In this document: positions 38,322-48,331 of the stretch, one piece after another
Position numbering within the stretch: the first letter of the stretch is position 1
Layout of the letters: each line of letters starts with the position of its first letter
DNA from: an uncultured Gemmatimonadales bacterium
Lineage (GTDB): Bacteria > Gemmatimonadota > Gemmatimonadetes > Gemmatimonadales > GWC2-71-9
NCBI GenBank assembly: GCA_963836815.1
Contig: CAWILD010000014.1
Span: 31,615-95,614, forward strand
DNA length: 64,000 nt
Reading direction: 5' to 3'
Program-made: the position numbers and the translations under genes
The notes under the pieces: model-generated
Told to the model about the DNA's origin: nothing
The model's database searches: none
What the model saw: only the letters and a program-made list of their open reading frames with translations

Positions 38322-38789
38322 ATGGCATCAATCGACGAAGTGCTCGCACAACAGGATCCTACGACCTTCGCTATCGCACTCAGCGATCTGGTGTTTCCCC
38401 GGTGCGATCGGGATGGGTTCGACGCCCTCAGCCCGGCTGAGCGAGTGGCCTACTGCGTAGATGCGCTCGAGCGCGAGGTCAACAACGGCGGGTTTCATCA
38501 GTTCTTTCTGAACTCCTCCGGTGACACGACCGCAGAGACCGCGGCTGCACTTCAGGCGATCGGTGCGGCCGCGGCAGGGAGTCTCTTGGCGCGAGCAGTT
38601 GTCGCTTTTCCCGGCGGCCAGCCACCGAAGGACCGCGAGCAGCGAGTGAAGATCCTCGAGGGCGTCTCCGAAGAAACACGGGAGACTTGGTTGGCCCTGG
38701 ACGACGAGTTCTACACCTATCCCGATGACCTGACGGCGCTCATGCGCCGCTTTGTGGAGCTCCATCGGGGAGAGTTCCGGGCGTGGTAG
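38322..38789 (+). CDS. DUF4375 (DMP19-like) domain protein
   Basis: The hallmark LEREVNNGGFHQFFLNSSGD plus ..LDDEFY.. are typical of this family. Confidence 0.7.
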   Translation: MASIDEVLAQQDPTTFAIALSDLVFPRCDRDGFDALSPAERVAYCVDALEREVNNGGFHQFFLNSSGDTTAETAAALQAIGAAAAGSLLARAVVAFPGGQPPKDREQRVKILEGVSEETRETWLALDDEFYTYPDDLTALMRRFVELHRGEFRAW

Positions 38790-38811
38790 GGGTCGGAGCT
38801 CGGCGCGCGGT

Positions 38812-39615
38812 CTAGCAAGGGCCCCCGCCGGCCGACAACCTGGTGGTATCCGGCGCCACCGGCGCGGAAGGGTCCGCGGGTAGGCCGATGCTGGCCGCAT
38901 GCGCCGCAGCCGCCATGGCGTCGATTCGGGCTTGTGACAGCGCCACGCCGGGTATGGTCGCGAGGGCGGCCGCCGGGATGCTCCGGGCATCCCGACCGAA
39001 CAGCCTGTCATACACGGTCAGCGCCGCCAGCAGCGTGCCGGCGGGGGCCGGGTGGTAGCCGTCCGAACTGTACAGTGGCAGTTCTGGATCCGCGTCCAAC
39101 GCATCTTTCCACGCGATGCCGACTGGTATCACCACCCCGCCGACCGCCCGCGCGGCGGCCGTTGCCGACTCACCTGCGAATCCAAGGGATTGGGGAAACG
39201 CCTGTCGGGCCCATGGCAGAAACATGGCCGGCCGTCCTCCACCCGCGCGGATACTCGGCGCGAGACGCATGGCCGCGATGACCAGCGTGTCGCGGCAGAT
39301 ACCCGCCGGCGTGGGCCCCTGCTGCAGCACGACGAACGCCCAGTGGCCCTCATGTATCTCTGCCAATGCCTCCGTGGCACCGCCGGTGTGGTCGATGACG
39401 GCCATATTCGGCCCGGCCACCATCCCGACGCGAACGGAATCGCCTGCCGCCTCAGCAATACTCTCGACCATGGCGGGAAGATCGTTGGTGTAGGTCAGAC
39501 TGTTCCCTACGAACAGAATCGAATGACCGGAAACACCCTCCGCCGACGTGACAGGGGAGCAACCTGGCTCGATGGAGAGGAGCGCGGTGACGAAGAGCAC
39601 CCGAACTGGTCTCAT
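38812..39615 (-). CDS. SGNH/GDSL-type hydrolase lipoprotein
   Basis: Signal ..LLSIEPGC. Block I ILFVGNSLTY (Ser), block V SDGYHP (Asp/His). Confidence 0.65.
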   Translation of the reverse strand: MRPVRVLFVTALLSIEPGCSPVTSAEGVSGHSILFVGNSLTYTNDLPAMVESIAEAAGDSVRVGMVAGPNMAVIDHTGGATEALAEIHEGHWAFVVLQQGPTPAGICRDTLVIAAMRLAPSIRAGGGRPAMFLPWARQAFPQSLGFAGESATAAARAVGGVVIPVGIAWKDALDADPELPLYSSDGYHPAPAGTLLAALTVYDRLFGRDARSIPAAALATIPGVALSQARIDAMAAAAHAASIGLPADPSAPVAPDTTRLSAGGGPC

Positions 39616-39784
39616 ACTCCGCTCCTTGAGGAAACCGTCGGTGGGCAGCGCACAGGTAAATCGCTCCTCCTAAGACGGCGATGGCGAGACCGACAGCACA
39701 CCGTCGTCCCCGCCGAGCCGCTGTCCCGAGGCCGCCACCCTTATCATTCGGATGACGTACTCGACACCTACTCCGGATGTGTAG

Positions 39785-40363
39785 ATGCGATTGTGGTCTT
39801 CGCTAGTTTGGATGGTTCTCGTCACTACCGCGCTTCGGCCGGCTTGGTCCCAGAGCGCCGCCTCCGGTCCCCGAGAACCGCCCGGCGCTCGGGTCGCGGC
39901 GCTCGAGGTGGCGCTGTACAACGCGCAGGCGAATGTTCAGGAGCAGTCGGACGCCGATAAGCCGAAGCTGGCCACCGAGGTTCTGCATTCCACGCTGGCC
40001 GAACTGCTGCCTGGCCAACTCGCCGACAGCGGTGCGGTTCGGGCCGCTGTCCGTTCGAAGGCAGCAGTGGCCATCGCGGGCGGGCAGGCATGCAATGTGG
40101 TCCTGGCGTGCGCGCGAGCGGTGGCCAAAGCGGTCGACGCGCCCTGGGTCGTGCTGGCCAAGGTCAGCAAGACCAGCAACCTGATCTGGCTGCTCACTGC
40201 TCAGCTCGTGCACGTTCCTTCGGGGACCATCATCCTCGACGATTCCACTGAGCTCAAGGGCGAGCCCGAGGCGATGGTGCGAGCGGGAGCGCGCATTTTC
40301 GCCGAGCGAGTGGCACGCACTGTTCGAGCTGGAGGCGTCACCACCAATTTTCCGACGCCGTGA
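39785..40363 (+). CDS. secreted hypothetical protein
   Basis: Signal MRLWSSLVWMVLVTTALRPAWSQ. 192 aa. No family recognised. Confidence 0.45.
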   Translation: MRLWSSLVWMVLVTTALRPAWSQSAASGPREPPGARVAALEVALYNAQANVQEQSDADKPKLATEVLHSTLAELLPGQLADSGAVRAAVRSKAAVAIAGGQACNVVLACARAVAKAVDAPWVVLAKVSKTSNLIWLLTAQLVHVPSGTIILDDSTELKGEPEAMVRAGARIFAERVARTVRAGGVTTNFPTP

Positions 40364-40392
40364 GCTCCCTTCGAATTCCGAGCCTGGCTCCT

Positions 40393-40420
40393 GCCTAACC
40401 AAGGGCTGTGCGGTCGGCGG
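40393..40420 (+). repeat. eroded attC left end
   Basis: GCCTAACCAAGGGCTGTGCGGTCGGCGG resembles the left end of the attC at 52274 (GCCTAACCAAGCGTTGGAGCGGTCCGCCGG). No R' is present. Confidence 0.4.
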
Positions 40421-40438
40421 ACATCGCCAGGAGAAGAC

Positions 40439-40840
40439 ATGCTTGAAAACAGCGACGTCGCGACCAGGCTCCCGGCCCAGGACTTGAATCGAGCCAGATT
40501 GTTCTACGCCGAAAAGCTGGGGCTGGAGCCCGTCGAGGAGCGGCCGGGAGGCCTGCTGTATCGCTGCGGAAGCGGATCCTTCGTCCTCTTCCAGTCGGCT
40601 GGAGCCCCCGCCGGAACCCACACCCAGATGGCCTGGGAGGTCGCGGACATCGTGACCACAGTGGCGGCGCTCCGCTCGCGTGGAGTGGTATTCGAGGAGT
40701 ATGATCTTCCTGGAATGAAGACGAGCGACGGCATCGCCACGATCTCAGGGAACTATCCCAGCAAGGGCCGCGGAGAGAAGGGCGCGTGGTTCAAGGACAG
40801 CGAGGGCAATCTCCTCGGTATCGGCCAGCCCGTGCGCTGA
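40439..40840 (+). CDS. VOC (glyoxalase/bleomycin-resistance fold) family protein
   Basis: 133 aa. ..LPAQDLNRARLFYAEKLGL..FEEYDLPG..AWFKDSEGNLLGI is the typical VOC pattern. Confidence 0.75.
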   Translation: MLENSDVATRLPAQDLNRARLFYAEKLGLEPVEERPGGLLYRCGSGSFVLFQSAGAPAGTHTQMAWEVADIVTTVAALRSRGVVFEEYDLPGMKTSDGIATISGNYPSKGRGEKGAWFKDSEGNLLGIGQPVR

Positions 40841-40844
40841 GGCC

Positions 40845-41570
40845 GTGAGACACCTTTCATCGTCCGCGAGCTGCCTTTCGGCAGCCCTCCTCCTGCTCCC
40901 CGCGCTGGCGTGCAGCCATTCTCCTCCGCAGGGCGCCCCGGGCCCTTCCGTCGGTGAAGTCCTGCCAGTGTTCGAAGAACCCAGGCACCGGCTCGTGTTC
41001 TCCAGTCCCGTGGTGCGCGTGCTGGATGTACGTCTGCCTGCGGGCGATACCACTGCTTACCATGTTCACGCCGCCCGCATGGTCGGGATAGCGGTCCAGG
41101 GCGCCCGAATCTGGACACAGACCCCAGGCGCGCCGCCTGGCCCGATCGCAGTGCCGCAGGCAGTGCCCTACGTGTTCGACAACTGGTCGGAGACCTTACC
41201 GTACACCCACCGAGTCGTGAATGTGGACACGCTGCCACTTCACTACGTCGTGGCCGAATGGCTGTCTCGCACTGGTCCGGAAGCCCCGGCGCTGCCCGAC
41301 GAGCCCGCCCGCCGCCTCCTCAAGGACGGACCGACTGCACGAGTCTACGAGATCACACTGGACGCCGGATCGGCGACCGATGCCCACACCCATGCCGCTC
41401 CCGGGCTGACGGTGCAGGGGACCGCGGGCACTCTGTCTGAGGAGGGTAGGCCGCGAGCCAAGGGAGGGGTCGGCGCGGGAAGCTGGAGCTGGAGGGAGGC
41501 GCAGTATCGTCATGTGCTGCGAAATGCTGGATCCACCCGTCTCACGATCTATGAGATCGACTGGCGCTAG
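40845..41570 (+). CDS. hypothetical lipoprotein (two cupin-like halves)
   Basis: Lipobox LLLLPALAC, with two repeats of beta-rich ..VRVLDVRLPAGDTTAYHVH.. / ..RVYEITLDAGSATDAHTH.. Confidence 0.5.
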   Translation: MRHLSSSASCLSAALLLLPALACSHSPPQGAPGPSVGEVLPVFEEPRHRLVFSSPVVRVLDVRLPAGDTTAYHVHAARMVGIAVQGARIWTQTPGAPPGPIAVPQAVPYVFDNWSETLPYTHRVVNVDTLPLHYVVAEWLSRTGPEAPALPDEPARRLLKDGPTARVYEITLDAGSATDAHTHAAPGLTVQGTAGTLSEEGRPRAKGGVGAGSWSWREAQYRHVLRNAGSTRLTIYEIDWR

Positions 41571-41696
41571 GCTGCACGGGGCCGTCCGACGCACCTGGAA
41601 GCCAATGCTGGCGCTGACGCTCAGTCTCGTGGCTGCAGGGCTCATCTTACAGTGGCTTACGCCGGCCGCGGACTCCATTGGAGACTTCGTGCGGCC

Positions 41697-41978
41697 ATGA
41701 AGGACTGGCCATTCGAGGATGCGCCCAACACCGCGTCCATCACCACTCGCCAGGTCCTCGAGGCCGGCGCGCCGATTCTTAGGGTGGCGCATGATGCCGA
41801 CGATGGGAGCTGGCAGTTCCTGTGCGGCACCACTGACGACCCGGCCGACGCTCGGGTCGTCGGACTAGGCCAGATGTATGCCCGAGATGCCACGCTCGGC
41901 GAGCTCGCGGACTTGCCGGAAGGGTGGCAGGCTTGGCGCGCCGCGCCGGACCAACCCTGGCAGCGCGGCCCCAGCTGA
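41697..41978 (+). CDS. DUF2185 domain protein
   Basis: MKDWPFEDAPNTASITTRQVLEAGAPILRVAHDADDGSWQFLCG matches the DUF2185 signature as I recall it. Confidence 0.6.
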   Translation: MKDWPFEDAPNTASITTRQVLEAGAPILRVAHDADDGSWQFLCGTTDDPADARVVGLGQMYARDATLGELADLPEGWQAWRAAPDQPWQRGPS

Positions 41979-42040
41979 GAACACTCACCCTGAACGCCCA
42001 CGGCGATGCGCATGACGTTGTGCGATAGCGCGAGACTGCG

Positions 42041-42556
42041 ATGAACCCGAGCTATCTACTTGTTCGCCGGCCGCTGAACGATGCGATCGCGCGCTACGGC
42101 GCCTGGATCGATCAGCCCGAGCTCGCCCCGCCGCAGGAGGTCGCGGAGGACGATGCCTTCGATCTGGCATTGGAGGATGACCAATGGAAGGGCCTCGCGG
42201 TGTACATCTTTGCCTCCGGCCCCTGGACCGTGTTCGAAGAAATCTCCGGCGGTCTCGGCGCACGTCCAGCCGAAGCCTGGGTGCGGCTCGCGGACGGCGG
42301 CGATCTCATTTACGCGGCGTGCAACGACGCGATCGGCTACGGTGAGCTCGTCCGAGTGGATCGCGGGCAGCTGGTGCGGCAGTTTCTGCAGGATGAGCAG
42401 GATCCCAGCGCGGATGTGGATATCGGGAAGCTCCCCGAAGAGGCCGACGAGCCCATCTCAGACTGGACGGACGTGGCGAAGTGGGTGGAGGAAGAGGAAG
42501 ATAAATTCACGGGGAGGCAGCGAGGTTGGCTGTGGATCCACCGTGCCGCCGGCTGA
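42041..42556 (+). CDS. hypothetical acidic protein
   Basis: 171 aa with coding-like composition. No family recognised. Confidence 0.45.
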   Translation: MNPSYLLVRRPLNDAIARYGAWIDQPELAPPQEVAEDDAFDLALEDDQWKGLAVYIFASGPWTVFEEISGGLGARPAEAWVRLADGGDLIYAACNDAIGYGELVRVDRGQLVRQFLQDEQDPSADVDIGKLPEEADEPISDWTDVAKWVEEEEDKFTGRQRGWLWIHRAAG

Positions 42557-42622
42557 CAGGGGCCTCGCGACGCGTGGAGCGTCCGGGGCCATAAGGGCTG
42601 CCGCAACTCAGGAGAACCCATC

Positions 42623-43474
42623 ATGCCGACAGTGAAAGCCAACGGGCTCACAATAAACTTCGATGAGCAAGGAAGCGGCGAGCCTCTCCTTCTCATCCCC
42701 TATCTGGCCGCCGATCACGCATGCTATGCCTTTCAGGTGGCCGAATATGCCAAGCATTTCACCTGTATCTCGCTCGACCTGAGAGGCGCCGGCGAAACCG
42801 ACAAACCTGAAGGCTCGTACTCCACCGAGCTGTTCGCGGACGACGTCGCCGCCTTCATGCAGGCCCTGGGAATCCAGAAGGCCCACGTCTCCGGCCTGTC
42901 GCTCGGGGCAGCCACCGGGATGTGGCTGGCAGCCAAGTATCCCGGGCGAGTGAAATCGTTGTCGCTCCACGCAGCCTGGATCAAGACCGACTACTTCCTG
43001 CAGACGGTGGTCGGAACGTGGCAGGTCCTGGCCAAGGCGCTCGGCAGTGTGCACGAGACCATCATCCAGGGGATCTTTCCCTGGTGCTTGACGCCCGAAC
43101 TGTACGCCGCCAGGCCGGAATTCATCGGGTCCTTGATGGACTTCGTGCGGTCTCGCCCCGCGCAGCCGCTGGCCGCCTTCATCCAGCAGTCGAATGCCGT
43201 ACTTGCCCACGACCTCGAGGCTCAGTTGGGACGGATCACCGCGCCGACCCAGATCACCTGCGGGCGGCGCGACTTGCTGTGCTCGACGCGATTCGCCGAG
43301 CCCATCCACCACAGCATTCCGGGGTCCGAAGTCGTGGTGTTCGAGGACTGCGCGCACGCGCCGATCTATGAGAAGGTGGAAGAGTTCAATCAGAAGACGT
43401 TGGAGTTCTTGAAGCGGCACGCCGGCCTGACCGCGCGCTTCCCCCGAGGCGTCCCCGGAGTCGCCACCACCTAG
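42623..43474 (+). CDS. alpha/beta hydrolase
   Basis: ..GEPLLLIP.., nucleophile elbow VSGLSLGA, C-terminal ..FEDCAHAPIYE (His). Confidence 0.8.
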   Translation: MPTVKANGLTINFDEQGSGEPLLLIPYLAADHACYAFQVAEYAKHFTCISLDLRGAGETDKPEGSYSTELFADDVAAFMQALGIQKAHVSGLSLGAATGMWLAAKYPGRVKSLSLHAAWIKTDYFLQTVVGTWQVLAKALGSVHETIIQGIFPWCLTPELYAARPEFIGSLMDFVRSRPAQPLAAFIQQSNAVLAHDLEAQLGRITAPTQITCGRRDLLCSTRFAEPIHHSIPGSEVVVFEDCAHAPIYEKVEEFNQKTLEFLKRHAGLTARFPRGVPGVATT

Positions 43475-43546
43475 CGCGGACCGCCCTCCGGCCCTACCGT
43501 CGTGTCTGGTGCCCGCGGCAATCCCCGATCCCAGGTCTTCGACCGC

Positions 43547-45208
43547 ATGGCCAAGCCCGTCCTGTTGACCGTCGATGACGATCCCGAAGTGCTGAACGCC
43601 ATCGAGCGCGACCTCCGGCAGCATTTCCGAGGCGACTACCGGGTGGTGAAGGCGTCGTCCGGCGCCCAGGCGCTCGAGACCGTCCACCAGCTCCTCCAGC
43701 GCGGCGCCCAGGTCGCGCTCTTCCTCGTGGACGAGCGCATGCCGCACATGAGCGGCACCCAGTTCCTGCTCGAGGCGATCAAGGTCTACCCCGACGCGCG
43801 GCGCGTGCTGCTCACCGCCTACGCCGATACCGAGACCGCCATCACCGCCATCAACGAGGTCGGCCTCGACCATTACCTCCTCAAGCCATGGGAGCCGCCG
43901 ACGGTGCGGCTCTATCCGATCCTCGAGGACCTCCTCTCCGACTGGTTCGCCCGCGCCCGCCCGATGTTCGACGGGATCCGCGTGGCCGGCACGGCGCTCT
44001 CACCGGCGAGTTTCGCGGTGAAGGACTTCCTCGCGTCGAACCAGGTGCCGTACCAGTGGGTCGACTTGGAGAACGACCCGACCGGGCGTCAGCTCCTGTC
44101 GGACCCGAGCGACGGCGACGTGCGGCTCCCGAAGGTGCTCTTCCCCGACGGGACCACGATGGTGCAGCCTACCCTGCGCCAGCTGGCCGAGAAGATCGGG
44201 CTGCAGACCCAGGCGCAGAAGCCGTTCTACGATCTGATCGTCGTCGGCGGTGGTCCGGCAGGTCTCGCGGGTGCGGTGTATGGCGCGTCGGAAGGGCTGC
44301 GCACGATCCTCGTCGAAAAGAGCGCTCCGGGGGGTCAGGCCGGGACCAGCTCGAAGATCGAGAACTACCTCGGCTTCCCGAACGGCGTCACTGGCGCCGA
44401 CCTCGCGCGACGCGCTAAGGACCAGGCCAAGCGCTTCGGCGCCGAGATCATCACCACGCAGGAGGCGGTCGAGATCAGGCGCGAGGATCCGTACCGGAAG
44501 GTCATCCTGTCCGATGGGGCGGAGCTGACCGGCTACGCCCTCCTGATCGCGCCGGGGATGGAGGTGCGGCAGCTCCAAGCCGAGGGTATCGAGCCGCTGC
44601 TCGGGTCGGGCGTGTACTACGGCTCATCGCTCACGGAGGCCGCGACCTACCGCGGCAAGGATGTGATCGTCGTCGGCGGCGCGAACTCGGCAGGCCAGGG
44701 AGCGATATTCTTCTCGAAGACCGCCCGCAAGGTCACGATTCTCGTGCGCGGACCCGACATCCAGGCCGGGATGTCCCGCTACCTCGTGGACAGGATTCGA
44801 GAGACGCCGAACGTCGAGGTGCTGGTGAACACCTGCGTGGTCGCCGCGCGCGGCGAGGGGCGGCTCGAGGCCGTGACGGTGGTCGACCGGGTGAGCGGCG
44901 AGCACCGGGAGCTGTCCGCCGCCGCCATGTTCATCTTCATCGGGACCGCGCCGCGAACGGGACTGTGCAAGGAGCTCGTGATGCGCGACTCGCACGGCTT
45001 CGTGCTCACCGGCCGCGACGTGATGACCGACGGACACCGCCCAGCCGGCTGGACCGCCGAGCGCGACCCTTACCTCTTCGAGACGAACGTGCCGGGAATC
45101 TTCTGCGCCGGCGACGCCCGCCACGGCTCCGGCAAGCGCGTCGCGGCCGCCGTCGGCGAGGGATCGGCGACCGTGAGCATGATCCACCAGTACCTGCAGA
45201 CGGTGTAG
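43547..45208 (+). CDS. fused response-regulator receiver / thioredoxin-reductase-like FAD oxidoreductase
   Basis: REC: VLLTVDDDPEVL..LFLVDERMPHMSG..LLTAYAD..YLLKPW. FAD/NAD: YDLIVVGGGPAGLAGA, GGQAGTSSKIENYLGFP, VVGGANSAGQGA, FCAGDARHGS. GTG 43502 is an alternative start. Confidence 0.85.
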   Translation: MAKPVLLTVDDDPEVLNAIERDLRQHFRGDYRVVKASSGAQALETVHQLLQRGAQVALFLVDERMPHMSGTQFLLEAIKVYPDARRVLLTAYADTETAITAINEVGLDHYLLKPWEPPTVRLYPILEDLLSDWFARARPMFDGIRVAGTALSPASFAVKDFLASNQVPYQWVDLENDPTGRQLLSDPSDGDVRLPKVLFPDGTTMVQPTLRQLAEKIGLQTQAQKPFYDLIVVGGGPAGLAGAVYGASEGLRTILVEKSAPGGQAGTSSKIENYLGFPNGVTGADLARRAKDQAKRFGAEIITTQEAVEIRREDPYRKVILSDGAELTGYALLIAPGMEVRQLQAEGIEPLLGSGVYYGSSLTEAATYRGKDVIVVGGANSAGQGAIFFSKTARKVTILVRGPDIQAGMSRYLVDRIRETPNVEVLVNTCVVAARGEGRLEAVTVVDRVSGEHRELSAAAMFIFIGTAPRTGLCKELVMRDSHGFVLTGRDVMTDGHRPAGWTAERDPYLFETNVPGIFCAGDARHGSGKRVAAAVGEGSATVSMIHQYLQTV

Positions 45209-45213
45209 GGACG

Positions 45214-46639
45214 ATGACCGAGCCGCGACCAGCATCGGTGACTGCGGGAGACGGGTCCGACCTGCTCGCGCGCTTGGCCGCGCACCGGGTGATCGGCAAG
45301 GTGCCGCCCCGCGAGCTGGAGTGGCTGGCGGCGCACGGTACGCTCGAGCGCTACGAGCCGGGGCACATGATCGCGCGAAAAGGCGAGGTGGTGGAGGCGC
45401 TGTACATCCTTCTCAAGGGTCATGTCTCGCACGTGATCGATCAGGGGGGCGCGTGGCGCAAGTCCATGGACTGGCACGACGGTGACGTGACCGGGCTTCC
45501 TCCCATACTCGCGGCTCGTCGCCCCACCGGGCAACTCCGTGGTCCAGGAGCCGACCGAGCTGCTGCGAGTCGCCCGGGAGCACGTGCCGGTGCTTCCGAT
45601 CGAGTGTCCGCACGTGACCGCCGAGCTGGTGCACGCGATGGTGGACCGCGCGCGGGCATTCAAGGCCAGCGACCTGCAGGTGGAGAAGATGGCGTCGCTC
45701 GGCAAGCTGGCGGCCGGCCTGGCTCACGAACTGAACAACCCGGCGTCTGCCGCCGCGCGCAGCGCCCACCTCATTTCCGAGGCGCTGGCCGAGTCCGAGG
45801 AGGCGTCACGCGCGCTCGGCGCGGCGGGTCTCGACGCGCGGGCGCTCGCGGCGGTCGAGCGCGTCCGTTACGTCTGTGCCACCAGGGTGACTACGGGTGT
45901 GTTCTCGCCGCTCGACCGCGCGGATCGGGACGAGGCTTTGAGCGACTGGCTGCTGGATCACGGCGCGGATGATGCACTTGCCGCTCCGCTCGCCGAGACG
46001 AACGTCACGCTCGCACTGCTCGACGAGCTCGCGGCGGAGGTCGATGGCGACCAGCTTCGCGCGTCGCTCCGCTGGGTGGCGGCCGGGTGCACGGTCGGCG
46101 GGCTGGCGCGCGACATCGAGCGGGCGGCGTCGCGGGTGCACGAGCTGGTCAGCGCCGTGAAAGGCTTCACGTACATGGACCGCGCGCCGTCGCCCGAGCC
46201 GGTGGACGTCGGGAAGGGACTTTCGGATACCCTTGCCGTGATGACCGCGAAGGCGCGCGCGAGGTCGGCGTCCTTGACGGTGGACGTGCCGGCGGAGCTC
46301 CCGCGCGCGCGCGGTTTCGGGGGCGAGCTGAATCAGGTATGGGCGAACCTGATCGACAACGCGCTCGACGCAGTGAGCGACGGCGGGCGGGTGACCGTGA
46401 CGGCGCGCGCCGAGGGACCGAAGGTCGTGGTGCGGGTGACCGACGACGGGGCGGGGATCCCGGCTGAGGTGAAGAGCCGGATCTTCGATCCCTTCTTCAC
46501 CACGAAGCCCGTGGGCAAGGGCACCGGGCTCGGTCTCGACATCGTCCGGCGCCTGGTGGATCACAACGACGGCTCCATCGAGGTGCAGTCCGAGCCCGGA
46601 CGGACGGAATTCCGCGTGGCGCTCCCCGTGTCCGAGTGA
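45214..46639 (+). CDS. cyclic-nucleotide-binding-domain sensor histidine kinase; one frame break
   Basis: The cNMP-binding-like N-terminal part (..YEPGHMIARKGEVVEALYILLKGHV..) is joined, after an extra G at 45493-45495, to ..GFLPYSRLVAPPGNSVV... H-box LAAGLAHELNNP. N/G boxes NLIDNALDA, DDGAGIP, GKGTGLGL. Confidence 0.85.
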
Positions 46640-46651
46640 GTCGGTAGTCCC

Positions 46652-47119
46652 ATGCGAAGTCACGTAACCTTCAAAACACCGCGCTTCAATCAGACCGAGG
46701 TGCGGCAGCACTTCATCAACGATTGCTGCTTCGGCGAGGACTGCATCGCCTGGCTCATTGGCGAGCTGCGCGGCCGAGGGTGGACCGACCTCACCGAGGC
46801 CTGGCAGGAGGACTGGGGTTGGCAGACCAGCGGGCAGCGCGACGGCCGCCGGTACCTCCTCAGCGTTGGACTGATCCCCGAGGATGAACCGGAATGGCTC
46901 GTCCACATCGGGGAGAAGGCGCCGCTACTGGATCGCCTCCGCGGCCGGGGTGAGCTCAAGGTCCTGCCAAAGTTGGCTCCGGCGCTGCATGAGGTGCTGC
47001 GGTCCGCGTCAGACGTCGGGGACGTGAGCTGGCATTTCGAAGATGAATTCATGCGAGGGACGAGCACCGGTGGGGCTGATCCGGCCGCGCCCCGAACCGG
47101 CGGCGGGGTCACCACCTAG
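46652..47119 (+). CDS. hypothetical protein
   Basis: 155 aa with coding-like composition (..FINDCCFGEDCIAWLIGELRGRGW..). No family recognised. Confidence 0.45.
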   Translation: MRSHVTFKTPRFNQTEVRQHFINDCCFGEDCIAWLIGELRGRGWTDLTEAWQEDWGWQTSGQRDGRRYLLSVGLIPEDEPEWLVHIGEKAPLLDRLRGRGELKVLPKLAPALHEVLRSASDVGDVSWHFEDEFMRGTSTGGADPAAPRTGGGVTT

Positions 47120-47134
47120 CTTTCGCGAGGCCCG

Positions 47135-47551
47135 ATGCTCCTTCCTATCCTTGGGGGCGCTGCGCTCGGAGCACTGTTCGCAGTGCTCGCAGCCAACCGT
47201 GGGGCGGCCGGCGAGCGGCGCTTGCTCGCGCTCGGCCTGGTCGTGGCCGCCCTCATCTACGTGGGTCTCGCACTGCCCAGCGCCGACTCGCACTGGCTGG
47301 CGGTCGAGGCGATCGGCGTCATCATGTTCGGAGGGCTGGCCTGGGTCGGCAGCCGCGCGGCGGGATGGTTGGCACTGGGCTGGGCCGCACACGTGGCATG
47401 GGACGTCGGGCTTCACCTCGACCGCGCTCAACCTGTCGTCGGGGGCTGGTACCCGTTGGCCTGCGTCGGGTTCGACCTGGTGATTGCCGGTTTCGTTCTG
47501 CACGCTGCCGTGCAGGCAGTGCGATCGCGCGCCGGCGCGCCGGTGAAGTGA
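47135..47551 (+). CDS. integral membrane protein, unknown function
   Basis: 138 aa with four hydrophobic helices. Confidence 0.5.
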   Translation: MLLPILGGAALGALFAVLAANRGAAGERRLLALGLVVAALIYVGLALPSADSHWLAVEAIGVIMFGGLAWVGSRAAGWLALGWAAHVAWDVGLHLDRAQPVVGGWYPLACVGFDLVIAGFVLHAAVQAVRSRAGAPVK

Positions 47552-47579
47552 TCGCTCGCAGCTCACCTGAGGATCACCG

Positions 47580-48320
47580 ATGGACGGCAAGACGACGCTC
47601 CTGATTCTCGTCCTCGTGGTGGGTGAGCAGCTCGGCCGCCGGTTCATCCATCCGTATTTCGGAGTCGTCTACGTCCCGCTGGTCCTGGCCGCACAGCTCG
47701 TCTATTCCCGTGTGGCTGATCGCGGACGGCGGCAGCGGCTCGCCGCGATCGCGGAGATGCCGGAGGACCAGCGACGAGCCGCCGCGGACGCCCTCCCTGA
47801 TGAGGACGAGCGCGTCCGCGCGAGGCTCGCGCTCGGCCTGGTGGATCCGGTGGCCGACGGGCCACAGGGCGCGGAGGAGGAGGTGTTCGGCTACCCCCGG
47901 AGCTGGCGCCGCTCGGTCGTGTGGACCTACTGGATGTGTCTCGCCATGGCGGGCTTCATTCTGGCCATCGGATACAGCCAGAACGTGGTCGCCAGGCCCG
48001 ATTTCCTGCCGTGGCTCGGACTGATCCTGGGGTTCGGTGGAGGTGCCGTCGCCGTCCGATGGTCCGAGCGCCACGTGCTCACCCGCGTCTTCATCAACGT
48101 GAGCGGGATCGGGTCCATCGATCCCTCGGGACAGCGGCAGATCATCCTCTGGAGCGAGCTCATCGGCCTCCGGCCGCGGCCGTGGCTTTCGCAGGTCGAC
48201 TTCCATGGACGGGGGAGCACGGGCAGGATCGTGGCCTCCTACCACCTGGAGCGGTTTCCCCGGCTGATGGAGCTAGTCTCGGCACGACTCCAAACCATGA
48301 ACCCGGAGGATGCTGCCTGA
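47580..48320 (+). CDS. membrane protein, unknown function
   Basis: 246 aa with N-terminal and central TM pairs and a soluble C-terminal domain. Confidence 0.5.
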   Translation: MDGKTTLLILVLVVGEQLGRRFIHPYFGVVYVPLVLAAQLVYSRVADRGRRQRLAAIAEMPEDQRRAAADALPDEDERVRARLALGLVDPVADGPQGAEEEVFGYPRSWRRSVVWTYWMCLAMAGFILAIGYSQNVVARPDFLPWLGLILGFGGGAVAVRWSERHVLTRVFINVSGIGSIDPSGQRQIILWSELIGLRPRPWLSQVDFHGRGSTGRIVASYHLERFPRLMELVSARLQTMNPEDAA

Positions 48321-48331
48321 CGGAAGCTTCA

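Noticed and set aside
41570-41700. GCTAGGC at about 41575 could be an attC remnant.
   Set aside because: It is an isolated 7-mer with no adjoining inner-box similarity, so it is compatible with chance.
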